IMG/VR virus record: IMGVR_UViG_3300045241_000033
Span: 1 to 51,452 of that record
Length of the DNA stretch: 51,452 bases
Source of the DNA: a virus
Taxonomy: Duplodnaviria; Caudoviricetes
Direction: 5' to 3' (one strand)
In this document: positions 8,310-16,042 of the stretch, one piece after another
Layout of the letters: the number at the start of each line of letters is the position of its first letter
Position numbering within the stretch: position 1 is the stretch's first letter
Position numbers and translations under genes: made by a program
Notes under the pieces: model-generated
The model's input: only the letters and a program-made list of their open reading frames with translations
The model's database searches: none
Told to the model about the DNA's origin: nothing

Positions 8310-9176
8310 TTATGACGGGAAGACTTCGGGCTCGATGTCTTCGTAACCCTTGCGGGCGAAGTACGTCGTGCCGTCAACGTCGTACATTCCAATCTTCTCC
8401 GTCCCGTGCGCGCTGCAGTCACACAGCTCGTCGGGGAACGGGCAGTACGCGGCCGACCAGTGCGGGACGAGCTTGACGTCCCAGGTCTCGGTCGCGCGGT
8501 CGTAGAACAACTTCTGCAGGCGGTCCTGCACGGGCTCAAGCTCGGAGGTGATCCAGTTCTCGCACTCCTCGTACTTGTAGCCGCCGAGCGTTTCGATGTA
8601 CTCGTCCACGCGCCGCTTGCGGAACGCGGCCTCAGCGTACAACGTGCGCCACGGCAACGGGGCGAACTCGACCCGCGTCGGCTCCAATCCTTTCACGCCG
8701 ACGTCGTTCTTCGGCAAGTACCAGACGCCGATCTTGCGCGACATCTCCAGGCCCATCGACTGCAGCGCCCACCAATACAGGGAGGCTTGGGCGATGTGGT
8801 CTTCCTTCGCTCCGTCCTGCTCGATGTACCGCAGACTTTCGCCCTTCGTGGACTTGTAGTCCTCCAGCGTCCAGCCTTTCGTGTACGGGTCGTACTCGAC
8901 GGAGTCGGCGGTGCCTCCCCAGCCGTCGGGCATCCACGGGGTCAGATCGACCTCCGACATGCGCGGCCTCCCGCGCAGGGCGCGGTTAACGAGGTCGTGT
9001 AGCGCCTGTCCGAGGTAGAGCGGTATCTCCTGTGCGAACGGACGCTCGACTTGCGGCGCGCCCGCTACCTCCAGCTGAACGTGCCGGAGCGAGCCGGTGA
9101 AGTGCGACGACGCGTGCAGCAGGCCGTCGTTCGGCCTGCGGTCTTTACGAAGCTCGCGCTCCAGTAGCTCTATCAT
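8310..9176 (-). CDS. Cas4/RecB-like PD-(D/E)xK exonuclease
   Basis: G.ALH, GTAD, EDYKS, Q..LY, C-terminal YCPF..LC; adjacent to ERF. Confidence 0.8.
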   Translation of the reverse strand: MIELLERELRKDRRPNDGLLHASSHFTGSLRHVQLEVAGAPQVERPFAQEIPLYLGQALHDLVNRALRGRPRMSEVDLTPWMPDGWGGTADSVEYDPYTKGWTLEDYKSTKGESLRYIEQDGAKEDHIAQASLYWWALQSMGLEMSRKIGVWYLPKNDVGVKGLEPTRVEFAPLPWRTLYAEAAFRKRRVDEYIETLGGYKYEECENWITSELEPVQDRLQKLFYDRATETWDVKLVPHWSAAYCPFPDELCDCSAHGTEKIGMYDVDGTTYFARKGYEDIEPEVFPS

Positions 9177-9210
9177 GTCTCTCCTTCTGGTGGTGTCCCA
9201 CCCACAACAA

Positions 9211-9450
9211 TCAACGCTCCCACTGAGAGTCGTAGAGGCCGCGCACGATCCGCTCGTCCCGAACGTGCTGGCGTAGATCAGCGGCAAGCTCAGGATTCCC
9301 CGCCTCACAGGAGTCGGCGTAAGCAAGCAGAGCAACCTCGCCGTGTGGGTCGTCTTCACAGATCACGAAGTACCAGCCCTCCACCTCGGAGCCGTCGCGG
9401 GTTCGGCGCAGGCCGTGGTACTTGCCGTGCAGTCCAAGCGTTTCGCTCAC
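9211..9450 (-). CDS. Hypothetical protein
   Basis: 79 aa; YFV...DPH...AL.AYAD...NPELA.DL; GTGA coupling. Confidence 0.75.
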   Translation of the reverse strand: MSETLGLHGKYHGLRRTRDGSEVEGWYFVICEDDPHGEVALLAYADSCEAGNPELAADLRQHVRDERIVRGLYDSQWER

Positions 9451-9713
9451 GTCTGCTCCTCTGGTGGTGGTGTCCCAGAAACCACGTATTGCGTCACAGC
9501 GGCGAGCAGTTGGAAATGAGCGTCCTCGATCACGGCAGGGGTGCCGTCCTTCTCAGCCTCCAAGAAACGCCCTGCGGCAACGACAACGGGAGCGGCTAAC
9601 TCCCAGGCTCGCCGCCATTCTTCTCCGCTCAGCGCAGAGGCAGTTGTGGCCCGGACGATCTTTCCGGTGTAGTAGTAGCCCTTATCGTAAGGTGCATTAT
9701 CTTCGGTCGTCAT
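9447..9713 (-). CDS. Hypothetical protein
   Basis: 88 aa, ends VVSGTPPPEEQT. Confidence 0.65.
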   Translation of the reverse strand: MTTEDNAPYDKGYYYTGKIVRATTASALSGEEWRRAWELAAPVVVAAGRFLEAEKDGTPAVIEDAHFQLLAAVTQYVVSGTPPPEEQT

Positions 9714-10042
9714 CGTGGCCCCTCTCCTTCAAGCTCAACACCACTGGGATCATCGGAAGGAATGTTGCGGTTTGGGTAGGTGGTCGGATCGGTAAGAGGC
9801 ACGCCGGGTGGTGGTGTCCCAGAAACCACAGCCCCACCGGCCAGGGTCTTGAGCGCCAAGCCGATGTAGCCGATACTCGAAGCCCGCCGCTGAACGTTGT
9901 CCTCGAAGACAGGATCTACCGGTGACGGGGACGGGAGGTTCTGCATACCCCGGAGCACGTCCCGCGCTTGGGTCAAGAGGTCGCGTGCGATCCTGCCCCG
10001 CTCGTCTCCCAGGCCGTCGTCTTTGTAGCCATCGTCTCTCAC
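9710..10042 (-). CDS. Hypothetical protein
   Basis: GTG start in GTGA overlap; contains VVSGTPPP. Confidence 0.6.
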   Translation of the reverse strand: MRDDGYKDDGLGDERGRIARDLLTQARDVLRGMQNLPSPSPVDPVFEDNVQRRASSIGYIGLALKTLAGGAVVSGTPPPGVPLTDPTTYPNRNIPSDDPSGVELEGEGPR

Positions 10043-10326
10043 GGCTTCGCCCCCGGTGTCCCAGAAACCACAGCAGCCGCGATCTCGGCAGCCTCTAGAG
10101 CGTCGTCCTCCGACCATGTGTGCTGGTCTTTGATCGCCGCGATTCGACGCAGCGCCTTGTCCTGTGCGGCTACTACGTCTCTCTGAGCCAGAATCGTGTC
10201 GAGCGCAGCGGAATAACCCCAGGCCAGTTCCTCGACCATGAGGTCGTCGTAGTTCCCCGCCGCGACATCCTCAGCAAGTCTTCGCTGCCGCGCTTCTTCT
10301 TCTGTGGGTTGACGAGAACCACTCAT
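10039..10326 (-). CDS. Hypothetical protein
   Basis: ATGA-coupled start MSGSRQP; ends VVSGTPGAKP. Confidence 0.65.
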   Translation of the reverse strand: MSGSRQPTEEEARQRRLAEDVAAGNYDDLMVEELAWGYSAALDTILAQRDVVAAQDKALRRIAAIKDQHTWSEDDALEAAEIAAAVVSGTPGAKP

Positions 10327-11015
10327 GGCAGTGTCGTCCAGGATCCGTTGCGGTAGATGATCTGGTAGCCCTGCGGCAGGATCTCCAGCGCGCGGGTCGT
10401 GTGCTTCTTGAAGTCCCACGGCCCGGTGATGTTCGACGGGTCGAACCACGCAGGCAGGACGAAGTCGCTGATACGGACGGTCTTGCCGGTGGCGGACTTG
10501 CGTGTGTAGCTGTAGGCGGTGGCCTCGACCGGGTCGCCGGTCTCGACCGCGTACCACGTCGTGCCGACGAGCTGCGCGCGGATACCGCTGCCGTCATCGC
10601 GGGGATACGGGTCGGCCTCCATCTCGAACAGCTCGTGCGTGAACGTGACCTGCCAGTTGCCGAACGCCTTCCCGGTACCAACTACTGCGCTCGGCGCGAT
10701 GCCGTCGTACGAGTGGTATCCGGCGCAGTTGAGGCACTGCGGTGTGGTCACGAGGTTGATGACCCACGCCTTGCTCGGCGCGGCACTGCGTCCGATGTAG
10801 ACGAGCTTGGCGTCGGCGTCCCAGATCGGCGCGAAGTCCTTGTCGAGCGCAGCCTGGAACTCGGGGAGTGCGTCACGCACGGTCTGTGCGGACAGCGACG
10901 AGGTGTTTCGGATGTAGATGACGCGGCGGTTGTCCGTCGAGCCAGCCCCCACAGCGACGATGCCGCTGAGGGCGAAAGCCAGGGCCGTGGCGGCCCCGGC
11001 CAGGTAGCGGCGCAA
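10323..11015 (-). CDS. Secreted zincin-like protein with HELFE...DP motif
   Basis: Signal peptide MRRYLAGAATALAFAL; GYH, THELFEMEADP, E.GDP, SDFVLPAWF. Confidence 0.7.
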   Translation of the reverse strand: MRRYLAGAATALAFALSGIVAVGAGSTDNRRVIYIRNTSSLSAQTVRDALPEFQAALDKDFAPIWDADAKLVYIGRSAAPSKAWVINLVTTPQCLNCAGYHSYDGIAPSAVVGTGKAFGNWQVTFTHELFEMEADPYPRDDGSGIRAQLVGTTWYAVETGDPVEATAYSYTRKSATGKTVRISDFVLPAWFDPSNITGPWDFKKHTTRALEILPQGYQIIYRNGSWTTLP

Positions 11016-11017
11016 GG

Positions 11018-11170
11018 TTAGACCTTGATGCCTTCGATGATCTCGACCGAGATGTCGTCCGTGTCGAAGTTAGCTAGCTCGCGCCTCTCTTGCGCGACGG
11101 CTTTTGCCTCCCGCTTGTCGTCCGCCTCGACCTCGTAGGTCTCGGTGAAGGTGATGAGGTAGCGGCTCAT
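11018..11170 (-). CDS. Small hypothetical protein, 50 aa (not in ORF track)
   Basis: MSRYLITFTETYEVEADDKREA...; ATGA coupling. Confidence 0.6.
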   Translation of the reverse strand: MSRYLITFTETYEVEADDKREAKAVAQERRELANFDTDDISVEIIEGIKV

Positions 11171-11493
11171 GGGAGGAGCACCGCGTCCAGCTCGCGTAGG
11201 AGCTGATACGCCTTCTCGACGGTGATGACGAGCGGGGCGTTGTAGTCCTTGTTGAGCGGCTTCAGGTCGATGGAGACCTTCGGCTCGGTGTGGATCATCG
11301 AGACGAGCGGCGCGACCAGCTCCAGCTCGGACGGCTTGAACGGGATCGGGTCGATGTCATCCTGGAGCATGACCGAGACCGCGTACTTCCCCGTGCGGTC
11401 TATCCCGACCACGCGTCCGGCCGCGCCGACAAGCGCAGGGTCAGGTGCGAACTCCGTAACGCGTACCGGGTCGCCCAGTTTGAAGGTGCTCAA
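11167..11493 (-). CDS. Hypothetical protein with SH3/KOW-like N-terminus
   Basis: FKLGDPVRV...GRVVGI...F..SELELV. Confidence 0.65.
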   Translation of the reverse strand: MSTFKLGDPVRVTEFAPDPALVGAAGRVVGIDRTGKYAVSVMLQDDIDPIPFKPSELELVAPLVSMIHTEPKVSIDLKPLNKDYNAPLVITVEKAYQLLRELDAVLLP

Positions 11494-12029
11494 CAGATCT
11501 CCTCTCGTACAGTGAGCCGCGCGCTTTCGGCGCGGCGATGAATGGTCATGTGTGACGTGTCGAGCACGCCAGCGGCCTCCCGTGAGGTAAGGCCGCGTAG
11601 GTCTGTGAGGATGAAGGCGTCCCGCTCGTCCTCTGGCAGCGCGCGTAGCGCGCCATCGAAGGCCTCGGTGAACTCCTCCCGCTCAGCGGTGTAGGCCTGC
11701 ACGAGCGCCAGCTCGTGCTCGCGGCCCGCCGCAAGCTCATCCTCTATCTCGGCTAGGTCGTACGCCAACCCCGCGGGCTCCTCGACGCCACTGCGCCGCT
11801 CTGCTCGCCGGTAGGCGTCAATGCCTCGACTGCCGACCATCGTCTGGAGCAGGCCCTGGGGGTTCTCGATGTGATCCCCTCTCATGAGCATGGCCCAGAA
11901 GGCGGCGAACGCCTCCTGGACGATGTCGTGGGCCTGGCTCGTGCCGCTCGCCTTGAATCGGTGGGCGTAGCGGACTAGGTCTCGGTACTCGGAGCGGTAA
12001 AGCTCCTCGAAGATTGCGAAGGTGTCTAT
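11490..12029 (-). CDS. ECF-type sigma-70 factor (probable ATA start)
   Basis: Region 2 FEELYR...LVRYA...AHDIVQEAF lies upstream of the first ATG; region 4 ALRALP...R.AF.L....GL...EAA..L.......RR..SAR. Confidence 0.88.
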   Translation of the reverse strand: MDTFAIFEELYRSEYRDLVRYAHRFKASGTSQAHDIVQEAFAAFWAMLMRGDHIENPQGLLQTMVGSRGIDAYRRAERRSGVEEPAGLAYDLAEIEDELAAGREHELALVQAYTAEREEFTEAFDGALRALPEDERDAFILTDLRGLTSREAAGVLDTSHMTIHRRAESARLTVREEIC

Positions 12030-12261
12030 GTGTCCCTCCCTAGGTACGACGTCTCTGGACAGGATTTGTAACAGCGCCTGTACAGGCCGAGGCCAGACGA
12101 AGACGGCCCCGCGCCAGCGGAGGGCCGTGTCCTGGCTCGCCCCCCGCTCTACAGACGGCTAAGAGCCCTTTCGACCTTGTCGAAAGAGGCTCAGTTGGTC
12201 ATATCCGAGGGGAGGTAAAGTCCTCTACCTTCCCTCTTCTATGTACAAAGGTTTACCGGGC

Positions 12262-12654
12262 CTAGCTGTATGCGCCTGGATCACTGAGGTCTCCCTCACG
12301 CCCATCCGCGACCCAGTCCTGGAAGCGTTGCCAGCGTGACGGCCTCGGCTTCGTGACGTTCCAGACGGCCTCGACCGCTGTCGAGAGCGCGTCCATGCGT
12401 TTGGTCGAGTAGACGATGTACTCGTCGAAGGCGTCGATCAGCCGCGCCTGAATGCTCTGGAGCGCGGTGATGTTCGCCTCGTTCAGCATGACGGCCTCGT
12501 GCGCCTCCTGCGTGAACGTGATGAGGTCGGCCAGCGCCTCGTGGAACTGACCAGCCAGGTCGGAGCGTGCCTCTGCCTCACCCTGTACGCGATCCTCCAG
12601 CGTGCGGTGAGCGCTCAGCGGGGGCGGCGGCCCAGCGCGGTAGTAGTCAGTCAT
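12262..12654 (-). CDS. Hypothetical coiled-coil protein
   Basis: RBS AGGAAGGA before ATG; alternative start at 12681. Confidence 0.65.
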   Translation of the reverse strand: MTDYYRAGPPPPLSAHRTLEDRVQGEAEARSDLAGQFHEALADLITFTQEAHEAVMLNEANITALQSIQARLIDAFDEYIVYSTKRMDALSTAVEAVWNVTKPRPSRWQRFQDWVADGREGDLSDPGAYS

Positions 12655-12677
12655 CGGTTCCTTCCTAGTTGGCGGGG

Positions 12678-13313
12678 TCATACGACTTCATCCACGAGGC
12701 CGTGGTGCAAGGCCTCCCCGGCGTTCAGGTACCAGTCCCGGTGCTTGGTGTACTCGTCCAGCTCGCGCTCCGTTAGGTTGGAGCGGGAGGCCAGGATGCG
12801 GATCGTCTGCTTACTCCAGGCCATGGTTACCTCGGCCTCCAGCATGGCGTTGTCGGCCCCCATCCATGGCAGGGACTGGCCAGACTTGTGGATCATCAGG
12901 TGCGCCTCGCGGTCGATCCTGCGGGTCTTGGCGGCCTGGAGAATGACCGTGGCCATGGAGGCCGCCCAGCCGCGAACGTGGATGGTGAGCTTCGGGATAT
13001 CGGCCAGGAAGGCGTACAGGTGCAGTCCTGCCGTGTTGAGGCCCCCGTCCGAGTTGAGGTAGAGCGTGATCGGCTTGCGCGGTGCGTACCGGCGGAACTC
13101 GCTGATCTCCAGCATCAGCTCCTTGACCGAGGCGTTGTCCACGTCGGACGTGAAGTAGAAGACGCCGTTCCACCAGTCGCTCGACTCGGAGAGTCGCTCC
13201 TCGCGGGTGGCGTCCTCGGCCAGCACATGCGAGACGATCAGGTCGGCCTCCAGGCGTGCGATCTCCAGCTCCATCTTCCGCCGCTTCAGGGCTTTCAGGT
13301 CAGGGCCGGTCAT
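12678..13313 (-). CDS. clpP: ClpP-like serine protease
   Basis: LYLNSDGG, AASMA (catalytic Ser), LMIH (His), RDWYLNAGEAL..GLVDEV (Asp). Confidence 0.9.
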   Translation of the reverse strand: MTGPDLKALKRRKMELEIARLEADLIVSHVLAEDATREERLSESSDWWNGVFYFTSDVDNASVKELMLEISEFRRYAPRKPITLYLNSDGGLNTAGLHLYAFLADIPKLTIHVRGWAASMATVILQAAKTRRIDREAHLMIHKSGQSLPWMGADNAMLEAEVTMAWSKQTIRILASRSNLTERELDEYTKHRDWYLNAGEALHHGLVDEVV

Positions 13314-13604
13314 CGACTAGACCTCGGGACGCGGCAGGCGACCTCCTCGCGGACGGCTTCCAGCTTGTCGCGGAGCTTCGTGTCCTCCGGCAAGGCGGGG
13401 CCGCTATCGGCAGCAGCGGCGCGGTACCACTCGTCCAGTAGCTCCAGCTCGTTGTCGGTGAGCCAGACCAGCGTGCCGCCGCTCATGCCTTGACCCAGAA
13501 GTCGAGGTCGATGTCAGCCTCCCCGGCCCACGACTCAGCGACGTCCTCGGGGTAGGGCGTGCTCGGGTAGTCCGACGAGCCGAGCAGGTAGTCCTCGGCC
13601 CAGT

Positions 13605-13802
13605 TCATGAGGACACCGGCTTCCGGCCGCGAGGCCTCCGGCCCTTCGCCGGACGGGTCGTCCGGGCGAGCGCGTCTAGCAGCGCGCCGTAGCCGCGCAG
13701 CCCCACCTTGCCGACGATCTGATTCTTGACGGTGAAGCCTCCGCTGCCGACGATTTCTCGCGGTCGACGGTTGCGGTTACCTCCTGTACTTGGCTTATCC
13801 AT
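13605..13802 (-). CDS. Small basic hypothetical protein
   Basis: Preceded by CCCGCCAG motif and AAGGAG; Arg-rich termini. Confidence 0.6.
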   Translation of the reverse strand: MDKPSTGGNRNRRPREIVGSGGFTVKNQIVGKVGLRGYGALLDALARTTRPAKGRRPRGRKPVSS

Positions 13803-13950
13803 GCGGTTTATCTCCTTCGTCTGGCGGGGATACAGGACTCCGTCCGACGAATCTGATAACTCGTCGGCTGGATGTTGGAATATCTGCTATACATCGGGCG
13901 TTCTACGAGCTAACCCGCCGCGTAGATGCAACACACGGAGGTCGATGGAA

Positions 13951-14154
13951 ATGCCAGTTAGAACGGTTCGGACTTCGAGCCTGTCCGGGGAGCTGATTCC
14001 GGACGGCACGGGGGCCCGCGTGAGGATCATGTGGACAGACCCTCAGCGGCTCGATATGCGGATGGACTTGTCGGACGAGGAAGCTCTCGCGCTCGCCAGG
14101 GAGTACCGGGCGGACGAGGTCGATCCTCGGCCTGAGCGAAGGGCACGACGATGA
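13951..14154 (+). CDS. Lsr2 dimerisation-domain-like small protein
   Basis: RBS GGAGG; RTVRTSSLSGE...RVRI...MDLSDEEAL resembles the Lsr2 N-terminal pattern; plus-strand gene inside the minus arm. Confidence 0.5.
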   Translation: MPVRTVRTSSLSGELIPDGTGARVRIMWTDPQRLDMRMDLSDEEALALAREYRADEVDPRPERRARR

Positions 14155-14218
14155 GAGGCGACCTGTGGACCGCGGTCATCATCTTCGTCGCGGTCGCGTG
14201 GTGGATCGGGAGTAAGGT

Positions 14219-14371
14219 CTAGGCCTCGCCCTCGACCTCCTCGCGGACGGCCTGCTGCTCGCGTGCGCTGAGCGGTCGCTCGTTCATGATGTGCTGGCGG
14301 TTCTCGCGTACGTCCGCGGCCTCCAGGGTGACGACGCGCAGGACGCGGCCGTCGATGATGCGGTGTTCCAC
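14219..14371 (-). CDS. Small hypothetical protein, 50 aa (not in ORF track)
   Basis: CCCGCCAG motif, GAGGAG, GTG start MEHRIIDGRVLRVVTL. Confidence 0.6.
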   Translation of the reverse strand: MEHRIIDGRVLRVVTLEAADVRENRQHIMNERPLSAREQQAVREEVEGEA

Positions 14372-14409
14372 TGTGCTCCTCTCGTCTGGCGGGGAATGGC
14401 CGAGGGCAC

Positions 14410-14449
14410 AAAAAAAAAGCGCCCCCAGGCCGTGAGAGGCCCAGGGGCG
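14410..14449 (-). terminator. Intrinsic terminator
   Basis: GC-rich hairpin followed by T9 on the minus strand. Confidence 0.75.
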
Positions 14450-14859
14450 AAAATGAAAGCGCGCGCAAGCGCGGCGTCACTCACACTCCAAGGCCGAGTA
14501 CGAACGTCGGCTCTAGCTTCCGAGGCACGCGCGCAGGACTTGGGTTCGTCCTTCGCCCTTCGTGTTCGGGTGAATCAGGCCCCGGCCGAGCGGGGACATC
14601 GCCGCAAGCGATGCATGGCCCACCTCGACCTCTCAGTCACGCGGCCCCTCAGCCGCGAGCGCGTACGGTGCGCTAGTCCTTTTTACCAGAAGACCGGCTT
14701 CGATTCGATGACCGTCACCTTGCGATGCCACAGGCCTTCGAGCCAGCGCCGGTAGTCCTCGGTGCGGACGAACCGCTCACTCGTGCCGAGCCGTTCCCCA
14801 CACAGGCCCTCGATGCGAACACGCATAAAGAGGCCGGAGCGTCCCTGCTTCTTTGGCAT

Positions 14860-15147
14860 CTAGTCCTCCTCGCTGATGATGTGCGTCAAGACTACGCCGC
14901 ACTTGTCCCGCACGATGCGGGTCAGTAGGGACGGAGGTCCGAACACGGCCTGCGAGCAGATGACCAGCTCGCGCGGCGCGTCGGACAGCTCCGCGATGCG
15001 TTGCGCCCGGAACAGCGCGAACGTGTGCGAACCGCGCACGTCCAGCTCGGTGCCGGTCGAATCGAGCACGCGGTAAGCGACCTTGCCCACCGCGCGCTCG
15101 GACTTCACGGTGCGCCCAAGTCGGGCGCGCTGCTTCGCCTTAGCCAT
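14860..15147 (-). CDS. Hypothetical protein
   Basis: 95 aa ORF in the early operon. Confidence 0.6.
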   Translation of the reverse strand: MAKAKQRARLGRTVKSERAVGKVAYRVLDSTGTELDVRGSHTFALFRAQRIAELSDAPRELVICSQAVFGPPSLLTRIVRDKCGVVLTHIISEED

Positions 15148-15216
15148 AATGCTGCACCGCTACGAGCGTCCAGATGACGATGAACAGCACTAGCTGCAGC
15201 GTCAGAAGGACGCCCC

Positions 15217-15456
15217 TCACGAGGTCGCACCGTCGAGGCACGCGAGCCACTCGAACGTCGAGGTCGTGTGCTCACGGCACGCCGCGTACACGCGCTCACG
15301 CTCAGCCCTGTCGAGCCGCATGAGGTCGTCCTCGATCAGCGCGAGCCAGTCCCTGTCCTCGCGTTCCAGCCGCTTACGGTGCTGCTGGTCAGCACGAAGC
15401 ACGCGCTTGAACGCGTCGCGGTTGGCGATGGTCTGCTTGCCGTCGGTCTGGATCAT
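15217..15456 (-). CDS. Hypothetical protein
   Basis: 79 aa, ATGA coupling, RBS AAGGAG. Confidence 0.6.
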   Translation of the reverse strand: MIQTDGKQTIANRDAFKRVLRADQQHRKRLEREDRDWLALIEDDLMRLDRAERERVYAACREHTTSTFEWLACLDGATS

Positions 15457-15595
15457 GACGCGATCTCCTTGACGAGCACCTCTTTGATGTGGATGTCAGG
15501 GAGCGCCTCGTCCCAACGATGCGGGGCAGGGACGCCCAACGCTTCCCACCACTCGCGGTCGTCGTCCGTCGTCACTTCAAGGATGACGAGCGTGG

Positions 15596-16042
15596 TCATA
15601 CGGGTGTCTCCTCTCTGGCGGGGGTGTCATTCACGTCGAGCCCCGGAAGGAACTCGCGCTTTCGTCTTAGCTCGTTATGCCTGTGCCGGTGCTCAGACGC
15701 AGACATCAGCTCTAGGTTCTCGATGCGATTGTCGAGCCGGTCACAGTTCTTGTGGTGAACGTGCTCGTCTGTGCGGAGGGGGCGCTTGAGATGCCGCGCC
15801 ATCACCGCACGGTGCTCCAAGATGTACCGGCGGGTGACCGCCATCTCGGGGAACGGCTCTGCCGAGGCGAGCACAAACGCGTATCCTTGCGTTGCGCTGA
15901 TGTAGCGTCCGCCGCGCCAGTTCTTCCGATTGTGTCCTGCGATGAAGCGCACGGGCCGACCTTTCTTCCAGCCAGCCCGTTTGTCGGTCTTAGTGGCGAT
16001 GGGTGCGGGTAGACCGCACCCGCACTCACAACACTTCGACAC
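15596..16042 (-). CDS. HNH endonuclease
   Basis: CECGCG N-terminus, LEHRAVM, EHVHHKNCDRLDNRIENL. Confidence 0.88.
   Translation of the reverse strand: MSKCCECGCGLPAPIATKTDKRAGWKKGRPVRFIAGHNRKNWRGGRYISATQGYAFVLASAEPFPEMAVTRRYILEHRAVMARHLKRPLRTDEHVHHKNCDRLDNRIENLELMSASEHRHRHNELRRKREFLPGLDVNDTPAREETPV

Larger units (their letters stand above)
9189..10074 (-). repeat. Four dispersed copies of (GTGGTTTCT)GGGACACC(ACC) at small-gene ends
   Basis: Copies at 9189-9200 (partial), 9463-9485, 9807-9832, 10055-10074. Confidence 0.85.

Noticed and set aside
9189-10074. CRISPR array next to a Cas4-like gene
   Set aside because: Spacing of 240-345 bp, coding spacers, degenerate repeats and no other cas genes; the nuclease pairs with ERF for recombination.
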